DNA of 64,000 bases from an uncultured Gammaproteobacteria bacterium (GCA_963699925.1 CAVOVT010000007.1:368173-432172); one strand, 5' to 3'. Positions 20,630 through 31,569 are shown, numbered from the stretch's first letter. The notes: generated by a model not told the origin, from the letters alone. Numbers and translations: made by a program.

Positions 20630-22450
20630 GGCCCGAACGCAGGCTCCGTTCGGTTGCGCGCGTCTCTCTTCTCGCGTCTCTCGCCCTTGGAGCCTCGTCA
20701 AATGCAGCACGCGCGTGAACAGCGGCATGTGCGCCTGCGTGCTGCGCCCGATGTGAATGATGGTCGTCCGCGTGAGCGTGCTTCGTGAACAGCGAACGAT
20801 CGACCCGCCTGAGCGTCTCGTCCTCCATCGAGGAGAACGTGTCGTCGAACACGACCCAGAGCGGAGCGTGCAACACCACACGCGCGAGCGCCAACGCCAT
20901 CTGCTCGTCCTCGCTGAGCTCGCGATCCCAGCGCTTGTCGGCGTCGAGGCTCTTCACGTACCGCCTGAGGCCCATGCGCTCGAGCGCCTGCGCGTAAGCC
21001 CGGTCTGCGAAGCGGTCGGTGAGCGACGGGTACGCGAGCGCTTCGCGCAGCGTGCCGCGCGGTAGGTACGGCGTGCCGCGCGGCACATACATCACCGATT
21101 CGCCGCGCGGCCGGACGATGCGGCCGCTGCCCCAGGGCCAGAGCCCCGACAGCGCGCGGAAGAGCGGCGTCTTCCCTCGACCGGCGCTCCGCAGATCAGC
21201 ACGTGCTGGCCGGCCCGGATCACGACGTGCCGCTCTTGCGAGCGCCACGCGCCCGACGGGCGAATCGACTTGGAGCTCTTCGAACACCATCTCGCCCGGC
21301 GCGCCTTCGGCGTACTCGATCTCGGCTCGCGCCGTTGTGCTGCGGTTCGCTGACGAGTCAGCGCCGCCCTGAAGTTCGCCACGCGCAGCAGCGTGGCGCG
21401 CCAATCCGCGATCGCACTGAAGTTGTCGACGAACCAGTGCAGCGAGCCCTGCGCCTGCGTGAACGCGGCCGCCGCCATCATCATGCCGCCGAAGCTGGTC
21501 TTGCTCGCTGAAATACAGCGGCGCGGCGATCAGGATCGGCGCGATGCCCGTGATCCAGCCGAATCCGGCCGTCACCCAAGTGAGATTGGTGAGCGCCGCG
21601 AACGAGCCGGCGCATCGCGATCATGACGTTGCCGAGATGCATTTCGGCGCGGCGGCGCTCGTCGGCCTCGCCCTGCCGCGAGCGCGATGCCGTCGACGTG
21701 CTCGTTGATGTCGACGAGCGCGAAGCGCAGGTCGGCCTCGCGCGCGTAGCGGTCGGCGTTGAGCCGGACAGGCTCCGGCCCACCACGTAGCTCAGCAGCG
21801 AGCCCACCACCGCATACGAGATCGCGGCCCACAGCATGAAGCCCGGCACGGCGTACTCGACTCCGCCGACGCTGGAACGTGAAGTCCTCGCGAAATCGTC
21901 CAGAGCACGCCCGCGAAGCTCACGAACAGCACGCGTCGAACGGAAGAGCCCGATCGAGAGATCGGTCGAGATGTCGCAGAGCTTGGTCGCGTCGTCGGTC
22001 ATGCGTTGATCGGGGTTCACGCCGATCGCGACCGCCGTTGGTCGCGAGCCAGAACGCGCGGCGCGGCAGCCATCCAGAGCGCGAGCAGATCGCGCGTCAG
22101 ACCCTCGCGCAGCCGATAACTGGATCGTCTCGTTGAGCCAGCGCTGCGCGACGTCGAGAACGAGCAGGCTGCCGACGATCGCGAAGTACACGCCGAGCTG
22201 GTAGAGGAACGCGTTCAGGTCGCGGCGCGTGATCGCGTCGTAGAACGGCTGGTTCCAGCGGTTCAGGATGATCTGCCCATACGTCGTGACGAGGATCGCG
22301 ACCGTCATCGCAGCGAGCAGCAGGATCAGCCGGCGCCCGACCGGCGACGCGAAGATCGCGCGGTAGATCATCGCGGGCTTGGTGGAGTGCGCCGGCTCGC
22401 GCCGCTTCGTTGACGCCGGCCGTGTTCCTTTGGGTAGCTGTCGCGTTCAT
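20626..22450 (-). CDS. SbmA/BacA-type TMD-NBD transporter, paralogue B; same degenerate NBD motifs
   Basis: The main ORF starts at 22371 and reads MIYRAIFASPVGRRLILLL...NRWNQPFYDAI...GVNPDQRMTDD...GKTPLFRALSGLWPWGSGRI...LSEDEQMALALARVVL...WVVFDDTFSSMEDE...IIHIGRS. The conserved upstream ATG at 22450 overlaps the GH15 stop. There are at least 7 frame changes. The 3' end is inferred as a TGA overlapping the GH36-like ATG, by analogy with paralogue A. Confidence 0.7.
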
Positions 22451-23805
22451 AGGAAGACCACCGCCCGTCGGGCCGTCACGCAAGAGATGAAGCTCGGCAT
22501 AGCTCCACGCGAGATGCTTCGCCGACGTCTGTTCGCCGGTGCGTTGATCGAATTGTTCCGACAGGTCGCCGCTCGAGGGCGTGAATGCGCGAACGGTCGC
22601 GAGGAATCCGTCGCCGCGCGCGATCCACGGTGCGCTTTCGTCGCTGCCGGCTTCCGGCGCGTCCGCCGCGAGGAAGCAGAACTCCGCGGCACCGAGCGTC
22701 GAGAAGTAGTACGCGCCGCCGGAATAGTAGACGTCGTCCGCGAAGCGGCCCATCGGCGGGCGCGCGCTCGGGCGGCCGGCCGTGATTGATCGGATAGAGC
22801 CGGTCGAACAGGTCCTCGAGCCGGTCGAGCGTCGCGTGCATCCGAGGATCGCGCGCGGAATGCACTTCGCTGCCGTCACGCGGAGTGGAGGACGCTCAGG
22901 ATCACCGAGATGTCGAGCATTTTCGTCGAAGACGCGCCGGGCGGCATGATGCGTGATCGGTAATAGCCTGCATCGTCGAGCCAGAACCGATCGAGCCAAT
23001 CGAGCAACGCGCTGCGCGTCGTCGCGCAACGCGGCTGCGCCGTCGACCTCGCCGCGAGCTCGGAGCCAGTCGGCGCCGAGGCGGAGCGCCGCGGCCGCGA
23101 CGCGCAGCGTGAAGTAGTGGTGGCCGAGCTCCTCCTCCCAGATGTCGAACGACGGCTCGCGCCAACGGGCCGCGATGAACGCGAGGTCGATGCGCAGCAG
23201 ACGCTCCGCGTCGGCCAGCGTCGCCGCACTGACGGCGCCGCGAGCTGCTCGGCGGCGAGCGTGCGCAACCAGCGCAGCACGGCGAGCGCGCGCAACGCGA
23301 ACCGTCGTGCTGCGGCCGGGTCCAGCGCAGCATGTCGAGCGTGCCGTCCGGGTTCACGCGCGTGTCGGCGAAGACCGCGTCTCCCGAAACGGCGGCGAGC
23401 TCTTCGCCGCGGAGGTATTGCACGAACTCCGGAGTGACATTCTCGCGCCACTGCGCCGACGCGGTCAGCGCGCGCCCGTCGAGCATCTCTGAGCGACAAG
23501 CTGAAGCGCACGAAATCGGCGAAGTGCGTGCAGCGCTTCCGCGCCGAGGTCTCCGGTCTCGTAGAGCAGACGCACGGCGTCGATGACGATCGCGGAATCG
23601 CGGAACCAGTGAAAGAAGTAGTCGGGGTCCGGGTCGTAGGACCGCGAGCACGGGCGACGCGACGACCGAGCCCGCGACCGGCCTCACGGTTTGCCCGAAG
23701 CCCGGCCGCTCCTTGACGATGTCGCACGCGGAGACGCTCTTCAGCATCGCGGCCACGGCGTGCCGGTACTCGCGGGCGAGCCACTGCTCGAGACGTCTCC
23801 GTCAC
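22447..23805 (-). CDS. glycoside hydrolase family 15 (glucoamylase-like)
   Basis: It has LEQWLAREYRHAVAAMLKSVS...PGFGQTVRPVAGSVVASP, DPDYFFHWFRDSAIVIDAV, RWTRPQHDG and SFDIWEEELGHHYFT. It also has GRFADDVYYSGGAYYFSTLGAAEF, and HLAWSYAE followed, after a 1-nt correction near 22493, by FISCVTARRAVVFL and a stop. The GTG start at 23805 is inferred from a GTGA overlap with the upstream gene. There are several frame changes. Confidence 0.65.
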
Positions 23806-25230
23806 TGTCGGTGCAGCTTCCAACGCGGGGCTCGAGAAACCGAGCCGGCGAAGCCCGGCTTGCACTTCCGGCACCGCCATGAAGAGCTTCCACAACAGTC
23901 CCGTCCGGTGGTTCTCGATCATGAGGATGATCGGGCCCTGATCGATGGCCAGAAAGGTGTCCGCGTACCAGCTTTGGCTCTCGCAGAAAGCGTCGACGAA
24001 GCCGAGCTCGCGCCAAAGACGCTTGCCGTGGCGCGTCGAGAAAATGCCGGAGCACGGCCGATCGACCTCGGCGCGCGCATACGGCAAGCTCGCGAGCGCA
24101 GCCGTCGGGCTGATCGTGCCGTTGTCGTTGTCGGGAGCGTGGGCGGAGTACCCGGACGGATCGTCGCTCGCGGTCAGCCCCCAGCACGATTCGCCGTAGC
24201 CTTCGAATCGGCCGGGATTCGCGACGCAATGGGCGCGGTTGATCCGCACGTGGCGCACGTTCTGCTCCCAGTAGTCCGCGTACCGGTCCACGAGCCCGCG
24301 CGGATCGAGGCCGCAAAACGAGTAGTGCGCGAAGAACAGCGGGCCGCCGTACGGCATGCCGAGCGGCAGCTCGATGCCATACCAGGATTTGCCGTTGCGA
24401 AATCCGGGGCCGCTCGCGAAACCGCGGTGGTAGACCACGGGCTCGATCGCGTGACGCGGCGAGCCGAGCCGCCAGCACGTATGTGATCAGGCACTCGTTC
24501 CAGCCGCGAATCGCATGATTCATGGCCCAGCCGTGCGTCGGGCTCCAATGCCAGTAGAGCACCTCTTGCCCGCCTCGCGTGAACCAGCTCCACTCCACCT
24601 CGTCCCATAGGCTCGAGATTCGCGATCGCGCGCCGACTTCTTCCGGTGTGTCTCGGTCGAAATACTCGCGCGCGCACAGCAGGCCCATCATCAGAAACGA
24701 CGTCTCGACGAGATCCGCCGCATCGTCCTTGCGCGAAGAACGGAATGGTTTCGCCCGTGCGGCCGTTCATGAAGTGCGGATAGGCGCCGTGATAGCGGCG
24801 CGCACGCACGAGCAGATCGAGCATGCGGCCGAGGCGCTCGAGCGCCGCGCCGCGAGTCACCCAGCCGCGCTCCACGGCGACGATCAGCGCCATGACCCCG
24901 AAGCCCGAGCCGCCGATCGTGATCCATCGCGTCGACCTGCGCACGCTTGCCGGACGTGCGCCGGTCGAACGCGAGACCGCTGTCGGGATGCGCGCCTTCC
25001 CAGAAATAGCGGAAGGTCTGCCGCTGCACGGCCTCGAGCAGCTCTTCGTCGGGTAACGACGCGAGCGCAACCGGATCTGCATCCGCGACTCGCGTGCTCG
25101 GCGACGCCGCGCGCGTTACGCGCGCCGTCGACGTGACCCGCGTCTTCGCCGCGCCCTTTCGCGTGTCCCTACGTTTCCCGCCCGACGCGGCCGGCCGGGA
25201 TCCTTTCGACTTCGGCAAGTGACGCCTCAC
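23802..25230 (-). CDS. GH144-like (DUF3131, 'glucoamylase family protein') endo-beta-1,2-glucanase candidate
   Basis: It has QRQTFRYFWEGAHPDSGLAFDR, ITIGGSGFGVMALIVAVERGWVTR and HGAYPHFMNGRTGE. It also has WSPTHGWAMNHAIRGWNECLITYVLAA, PLFFAHYSFCGLDPRGL, YGESCWGLTASDDPSGY and AIDQGPIILMIENHRTGLLW. No signal peptide is evident. There are several frame changes, and the 3' end is approximate. Confidence 0.7.
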
Positions 25231-25289
25231 TCCTGACGCGCGTGCCGCGCCCGCTGTAGGCGCCCTGCGAGTTTTGCTGCGGATGCGTC

Positions 25290-27464
25290 ATGATGGTCTC
25301 GGTGAGCAGGATCGACAAGCTGATCGGGCAAATGACGCTGGCGGAGAAGCTCGGTCAACTCACGATGACCGCCGCGGGCTACGCCGTGACGGGGCCCGTG
25401 ATCGCCGGCGATTCCACCGACTCGATCCGCAACGGGACGCATCGGCAACCTGCTCAACCTCGTCGGCGCGCAGTCACGTTCACGACATGCAGCGAATCGC
25501 CGTCGAGGAATCGCGGCTCGGCATTCCGCTCTTGATCGGCTTGGACGTGATCCACGGCCATCGCACGATCTTTCCGGTGCCGCTCGCCGAGGCCGCGACG
25601 TTCGATCCGCGGATCTGGGAGCGCACGGCACGCGAAGCCGCCCGAGAGACGGCGGCCGACGGCCTCGCGATGACGTTCGCGCCGATGCTGGACGTCTCGC
25701 GCGATCCGCGCTGGGGCCGAACCGTCGAAGGGCCGGGCGAGGATCCGTGGCTCGCCGCGCAGATCGCGCGCGCGAAAGTCCGCGGCTTTCAGGGCGCCGA
25801 CCTCGCCTCCGCCGAGTCGGTCGCCGCGACCGCCAAGCACTTCTGCGCGTACGGGCCCGTGACGGCCGGGCGCGACTACGCGTCCGGTCGACGTCTCCGA
25901 GCGACGCTGCGCGAGGTGCATCTGCCGGCCTTCGCGGCGGCAGTCGCCGCCGGCGTTGCCGCGATCATGCCGGCGTTCACCGATCTCGCCGGGCATCCCG
26001 ATGACGGCGCACAAGCGCGCTGCTGCGCGATTACCTGCGCGGCGGAGCTCGGCTTCGACGGCGTGATCGTCAGCGACTACAACGCGATCCGCGAGCTCAT
26101 CCATCACGGCGTGGCGGCGCGACATCGTCGACGCGGCCGTGCTGGCGCTCAAGGCCGGCGTGGACATCGACATGATGGCCGGAGGCGTATCGCAGAGGGC
26201 CTGCCCGTGGCGCTCGAGCGCGGCCTCGTCACGATCGACGAGATCGACGAGTGCGTGCGCCGGGTGCTGCGGCTCAAGGAGCGTCTCGGGCTGTTCGACG
26301 ACCCGTACCGGCGCGGAGCGAGCGCGGAGACGTCCGACGCCGATCGCCGCTCGCCGGCGCCTCGCGCGCGACGTCGGCGCGAAGTCGCTCGTGCTCGCTG
26401 AAGAACGCCGGCGACGCGCTGCCGATTGCGGCGCGCAGCGCGCGGGTCTGCGTGATCGGCCCGCTCGCCGACGCGTGGCGCGAGATGCGCGGTCCGTGGG
26501 CCGCCGCGGGCTACCACGAGCCGAGCGTGACCGTGCTCGCCGGCCTGCGCGAGGCGCTGCCGGATGCGGCGATCACGCACGCCGAAGGCGTGACGATCGA
26601 AGGCGACGACTCGTCGCAGCGTCGCGGCGGCCGTCGAGCTCGCGAGCGGCGCGGACGTCGTCGTGCTTTGCGTCGGCGAAGCGGCCGACATGAGCGGCGA
26701 GGCCGCGTCGCGCGCGTACCCCGAGCTGCCCGGCGAGCAACGCGCGCTCGCCGAGGCGGTGCTCGAGCGCGCGCGCGGCGCGGGAGCTCCGGTCGTCGTC
26801 GTGCTCTTCTGCGGCCGGCCGCTGATCGTTCCGTGGCTCGCGGAGCGAGCCGACGCGCTGCTCGTCGCGTGGTTCCCGGGGCGGGAAGCGGGCAACGCCA
26901 TCGCCGACGTGCTGACGGGCCGCGTGTCGCCGTCGCGGCCGAACGCCGATCACTTGGCCGCGCGCGCTCGGGCAGATTCCGCTGTTCTATGGCCAGCGAT
27001 CCGGCGGCCGGCCCGAAAACCCCGCCGGACCGGTTCACGAGCAAGTATCTCGACTCGCCGAGCTCGCCGCTGTTTCCGTTCGGCTTCGGCCTCACGTACG
27101 GCCGTTTTTCGTATGCCGAACCTGCGCGTCGAGCCCGGAGATCGTGACCGCGTCGGACGTGATCGAGGTCAGCGTCGACGTCACGAACGAGGGAGCGCGC
27201 GCCGCCGAGGAAACCGTATTCCTATTCGTCCGCGATCGCGTCGCGAGCGTCGCGCGGCCGCTGCTCGAGCTCAAAGACGTCGCGAAGATCGCTTTGGAGC
27301 CCGGCGCGACGGGCACCGCGCGACTGCAGGTGCAGGCGACGGATTTGCGTTTCTTGGGTCTCGACCTCACGCCCGTGCTCGAAGCGGGCGAGATCGAGAT
27401 TCTCGTCGGGCCCTGCGCGGACTCGTCGCAGCTCTTGGCGGCGCGGCTGATCGTCCGGGCGTAA
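25290..27464 (+). CDS. GH3 beta-glucosidase (BglX-like), no obvious signal peptide
   Basis: It has MMVSVSRIDKLIGQMTLAEKLGQL, RLGIPLLIGLDVIHGHRT, FAPMLDVSRDPRWGRTVEGPGEDP and AATAKHFCAYG. It also has GFDGVIVSDYNAI, and the C-terminus is EIEILVGPCADSSQLLAARLIVRA. It is divergent from the GH144 operon. There are many frame changes. Confidence 0.8.
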
Positions 27465-27528
27465 CGGTCGCTGGGCGGCGTCGGCACGGCGTGCGTCGCA
27501 CGCGATCGCGCGCAGCGCGCGCCGCGAG

Positions 27529-29142
27529 TCAGCGGCGCGCGATCGTGAGCGGCCGAGGGTTGTCGGTGCCGCCCGCGGGATCGGCCTTGTCGCGCTGTCG
27601 CCGGTCGGCCTCCAACGCAAACTCCGGCCGCCCGATCGATCCTCGATCGCGCCCTCGGCTCTTGGCGATGTACAGCGCCGAATCGGCGATACGCAGCAGC
27701 GACACGGAATCCGCGCCCATCGACGAGTCCGCGATGCCGAAGCTCGCGGTGAACGCCGGCTGGCCGTTCTGCGCGAGCTCTGCCGCGAGGCGCGCGCGCA
27801 CCCGGTCGACCCAGTCTGCGGCCTGCAGCGCCAACGTGCCCACGAGCAGCACGACGAACTCCTCTCCGCCCCAGCGTGCGGCCCGATCCTCGGCTCGAAG
27901 ACTCGCTTTCAACAGCTCCCCGAAACGGCGCAGAGCTTGATCTCCGCTTGGGTGGCCGAACGTGTCGTTCAAGCGCTTGAAGTGATCGAGATCCGCGACG
28001 ATCACCGCGAACTCGACTCCGCGACGAGCGACGTCGTGCATCTCGATCTCGAGCGCGCGGCGATTCAGCAGGCCCGTCAGACTGTCCGTCATGGCCTGCA
28101 GCTGGGTGCGCTGGAAGGCCCGAATCGTTCCGGTCCGAGTGGCCGCGGCGAACGCGAGCGTCTCGAGGTTCGCGACCACGACGTCGCGAAACGGCACGTC
28201 GCTCGGGCTCGTCGCGTGCAGCACGCCGAGGGACTTACCCATGAAGCTCAGCGGCACGCAGGTCGCGGCGAGCGGCACGCTCTGACGACCATGCAGATGC
28301 GGACAGACGTTCAACTGCTCGCTGTTCGAATAGGTAACCGTGCTGCCGCGGCGCACCGCGACGCAGCTCGACGGCGCGTGCACTCCGCAGCCCGGCGAGC
28401 CGGCCGTTGGGTGCAGCGCGACCCGGGTCAACTCCGCGGCGCCGGCGTCGGACAGCAGCAGCTCCATCGGCTGGTCCTGCGAAATCGCTTGCATTGCACG
28501 CGCGGCCACCGCGGCGACGGCCTTCTCCGATTCGGCAAGCTCGAATGCCTCGGCGACCTCTTTGCTGAAGCGCTCGCGCTCGGCGTCGGTGCGCATTCGC
28601 TCCAGCGTCTGCGTGAGACTCGCCGCAAGCGTGTTCAACGACGCGCCGATCATGCCGATGTCGTGGCCGGCCGGTTGGTCGTAGCGCACGTCGAGATCGC
28701 CCGCCGCGAGCGCACGCGCGACGGTCGAAACGTCGCCGACCGAACGGCGAATCGAGCGCGCGAGCGCCCAAGCCAGCAGCAGGCCGAAGGCGAAGATCAA
28801 GGCCCCGCCCCAAGCGATCAGCCCTTCGGCGCGCTCGCCGGCGGCATCCGCGGCGACTTTCGCCTTTGCGCCGCGCAGCTCGTCATCGGCGCGCTTCGGG
28901 TCCGGAGGGTACGGCCGGGCTTCGGCGGAACGAACCGGCGCATTCGTCGCGGCCCGCTGGACGTCGAGCGCCTCACGTGCGATCAGAAAGAACGCACCGA
29001 TGCCGGCGGCAAAAACGCCGTACATGAGCCCCACTCGGAGCAGCAACGACGTGCGATCGAGCAGGCGTGACCAGCGCTGCGGCTTCGGCGCGGTCGGGTC
29101 GGTAGGCTGCAGGTCCGCCGTCATCGGCCGGCGCAATCTCAA
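27529..29142 (-). CDS. membrane diguanylate cyclase (HAMP, GAF-like sensor, GGDEF with GGEEF active site and RxxD I-site)
   Basis: The 537-aa ORF is intact. It has two hydrophobic segments, a HAMP-like segment (ARSIRRSVGDVSTVARALAAGDLDV), LTGLLNRRAL, DLDHFKRLNDTFGH and RAEDRAARWGGEEF. Confidence 0.9.
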   Translation of the reverse strand: MRLRRPMTADLQPTDPTAPKPQRWSRLLDRTSLLLRVGLMYGVFAAGIGAFFLIAREALDVQRAATNAPVRSAEARPYPPDPKRADDELRGAKAKVAADAAGERAEGLIAWGGALIFAFGLLLAWALARSIRRSVGDVSTVARALAAGDLDVRYDQPAGHDIGMIGASLNTLAASLTQTLERMRTDAERERFSKEVAEAFELAESEKAVAAVAARAMQAISQDQPMELLLSDAGAAELTRVALHPTAGSPGCGVHAPSSCVAVRRGSTVTYSNSEQLNVCPHLHGRQSVPLAATCVPLSFMGKSLGVLHATSPSDVPFRDVVVANLETLAFAAATRTGTIRAFQRTQLQAMTDSLTGLLNRRALEIEMHDVARRGVEFAVIVADLDHFKRLNDTFGHPSGDQALRRFGELLKASLRAEDRAARWGGEEFVVLLVGTLALQAADWVDRVRARLAAELAQNGQPAFTASFGIADSSMGADSVSLLRIADSALYIAKSRGRDRGSIGRPEFALEADRRQRDKADPAGGTDNPRPLTIARR

Positions 29143-29260
29143 ATGGAGCGATGGCCGACAATGATGCTGATCGCCCGGCCGGGTCGGGTGTGACGCAGTT
29201 CACATTTGGCCGCGTCGGCCCGTTCGCCGCCGCTCGGTCCGCGCGGCGAAGGGCCGTGCC

Positions 29261-29689
29261 CTAGTCCGAGCCCTTCGGCTCCGCCTCGGGCTCGTAGATC
29301 TGGGTCGTGCCGGTGAACAAGGGCTTGCCGTCGGCGTCCTTGATCGAAGTGGCGATCGCGATGGTCGGGAAAATTGCGCGCGGGCGCGCCCGCCACCTTC
29401 ACGTGGTCGCCGCTTTTCAGCGAGTCGCGGGTCCAGCCTCGGCGCATCAACGTATTCGGGCTCGGCAGCTCGAAGTTCCAGTTCACCGTCTCGCCCTTCT
29501 CGTTCTTCACATCGACGTACAGCCGGCCGTGCGGGCTCTTCCACTCGAGCTTGGTCACCGTGCCCTCGACCTCGACCTTGGCGCGCAGATCGAATTCCGA
29601 TTGAGAGTGATGCGCCCACGCCGCCGGCAGCGAAGCGAGGCCGCGCCGGCGAGGATCAGCCATGGGAACGGAAACGGGCGGCTACTCAT
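29261..29689 (-). CDS. DUF6152-like small secreted protein, copy 2
   Basis: It starts MSSRPFPFPWLILAGAASLPAAWA followed by HHSQSEFDLRAKVEVEGTVTKLEWKSPHGRLYVDVKNEKGETVNWNFELPSPN. The C-terminus, read by hand, is IAIATSIKDADGKPLFTGTTQIYEPEAEPKGSD. There is one frame change near 29370. Confidence 0.7.
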
Positions 29690-29736
29690 GATGCACGGAC
29701 TCTTGCGGTTGTTCGGATGCGTGTGGGCGCTCGGGT

Positions 29737-30598
29737 CTATTTGTACAGCTTCACGTCCTGCTCGTTGTCGAGGCAAATCTCTTCGAGCATCTGGGTGTCC
29801 ACCTGCACGGCCATTTCGATCGTGACCGACCAGGGCTGCGTGTAGGCCTTCGGGATCGTTCACCGCGATCTCGACCTGCATGAGTCCGAAGTTGACGCGC
29901 TTCAGCCGCTCGGTGACGCGCGCCGATTCCGTCACCGGGCTGCCCTGGATGTCGAGCCACATGTCGTCGCGAATGCCGTTGGTCTCGATGACCAGCGTGT
30001 CGCCTTCCCAGTGCGCGGTCGAGTAGCCGTTCCAGGTCGGGTTCGGATTCTCGGGCAGCGGCCGTCCGTCGATGAAGATCTCGCGGTAGGCCGCGTTGAA
30101 TTCGTGCAGCACCACCATCTCGTCGGGCGTCTGCATGATCTTGATGTGCTGCGGCAGCGTCCAGGCGCGCGGGAAGTTCGGCGGCATGCAGTAGGTGTGC
30201 GGATCGTCGCGGCCGCCGTTGGCGCGCCGCTTCACCATCTGCTCCTTGGACCACTCGGTGTAGGGCAGGCCGCCCTGCAGCTTGATGCCGAGGTTGATCT
30301 GCTCGCGCGCCATGCGCTCTTCCTGGATGCAGTCCTTCTCCTTGCAGTAGTCCTTCGCGGGGACATTGGCGAACCACATGCCGGAGAAATCCGGCTTGCC
30401 GTCGCGGGTGCGCGGCGCCGGCGCTTTCAGATCCGGGGCGCCGCTGGCGGTGCGCGGAATTCCCGGCGTGGGATAGTCGAGCCACTGAGCGAACGCGACG
30501 GCGGGACTTGCACCGAGCACTGCCGCGAGCAGCGCAGCGCGAAGCACGCGCGATCGCGCGCCGATGACGGCGAGCGGGGTGCCGTGCCCGATGGGCAT
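29737..30598 (-). CDS. uncharacterised secreted protein, paralogue P2
   Basis: It reads MPIGHGTPLAVIGARSRVLRAALLAAVLGASPAVAFA, then HTYCMPPNFPRAWTLP and YSTAHWEGDTLVIETNG. The C-terminus, read by hand, is VNDPKAYTQPWSVTIEMAVQVDTQMLEEICLDNEQDVKLYK. There is one frame change near 29850. Confidence 0.7.
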
Positions 30599-30644
30599 CC
30601 CTTCTCGAGCGAGCGCGGTGATCTCAGTTGGCGGACGATCCGGG

Positions 30645-31127
30645 TTACTCCGCAACCTTGATGCTCGCGATGGTGTCGCCTTGCTCGACGGCGTCGACGA
30701 CGTCGTGCCCGGCGACCACCTTGCCGAACACCGTGTGTTTGCCGTTGAGATGCGGCGTCGCGACATGGGTAATGAAGAACTGGCTGCCGTTCGTGTTCGG
30801 GCCGGCATTCGCCATGGAGATGACGCAGCGCTCATGCTGCAGCGGGTTGCCTTTGCATTCGTCCGCGAACCGATATCCCGGCCCACCGCGACCGGTGCCG
30901 GTCGGGTCGCCGCTCTGAATCATGAAATCCGCAATGACGCGGTGGAACGTGACGCCGTCGTAGAACCCCTGCCCCGCGAGGAACACGAAGTTGTTCACGG
31001 TTTGCGGCGCGTGCTGTGGGTACAGCTCGATCTCTATCGTGCCGCGATTAGTGACGATCGATGCCGAGTAGGTCTTCGTCACGTCGATTTGCATCTGCGG
31101 CGGCGTGTCCCATTGCTTCTTGGCCAA
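30645..31127 (-). CDS. peptidyl-prolyl cis-trans isomerase, cyclophilin type
   Basis: The ORF is intact. It has [46 protein letters not shown] and HTVFGKVV. Confidence 0.95.
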   Translation of the reverse strand: MAKKQWDTPPQMQIDVTKTYSASIVTNRGTIEIELYPQHAPQTVNNFVFLAGQGFYDGVTFHRVIADFMIQSGDPTGTGRGGPGYRFADECKGNPLQHERCVISMANAGPNTNGSQFFITHVATPHLNGKHTVFGKVVAGHDVVDAVEQGDTIASIKVAE

Positions 31128-31296
31128 TTCGTATCTCCTCGGTCGCGTGAAGGTCGTTAGCGCCAGCGGCCCTGATACGCACTCGCTCGTGCGCTACCAT
31201 CGACGCGGTCGGCCGGGCTAGCGGGCGGCCAACGATAGCGAAAGTCCGCGCCCGGCACTACCTGATCCGCCTCCGGGAATAGCAGCGAGAGACAAG

Positions 31297-31515
31297 ATGG
31301 AGCCATCCGGCACGCGATCGGAACAACGTATCGACGAGCTCGAGGCTCGGCTCGCCGAGCAAGACCGCTCGATTCTCGAGCTCAGCGACGAGGTCTACCG
31401 CCAACAGAGACAGATCGCAAAGCTCGAGACCGAGGTGCAACGCCTAGCGGAGCGTCTAAAAATCGAACCTCAGGGCGCGGCCAGCAACACGACCGAGATT
31501 CCGCCGCACTACTGA
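31297..31515 (+). CDS. slyX: SlyX family protein
   Basis: The 72-aa coiled-coil protein has IDELEARLAEQDRSILELSDEV and ends in EIPPHY, like E. coli SlyX. Confidence 0.8.
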   Translation: MEPSGTRSEQRIDELEARLAEQDRSILELSDEVYRQQRQIAKLETEVQRLAERLKIEPQGAASNTTEIPPHY

Positions 31516-31569
31516 GAACGCCCGTTCGGCGCCTTTCGGCAGCACTACTCGACGATGGGTCATGCCCCG

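Noticed and set aside
13864-22371. The inverted transporter paralogues might be the arms of a composite transposon or other mobile element.
   Set aside because: I recognised no transposase, integrase, terminal inverted repeats or target-site duplication. The arms are diverged full-length genes, not near-identical IS copies.
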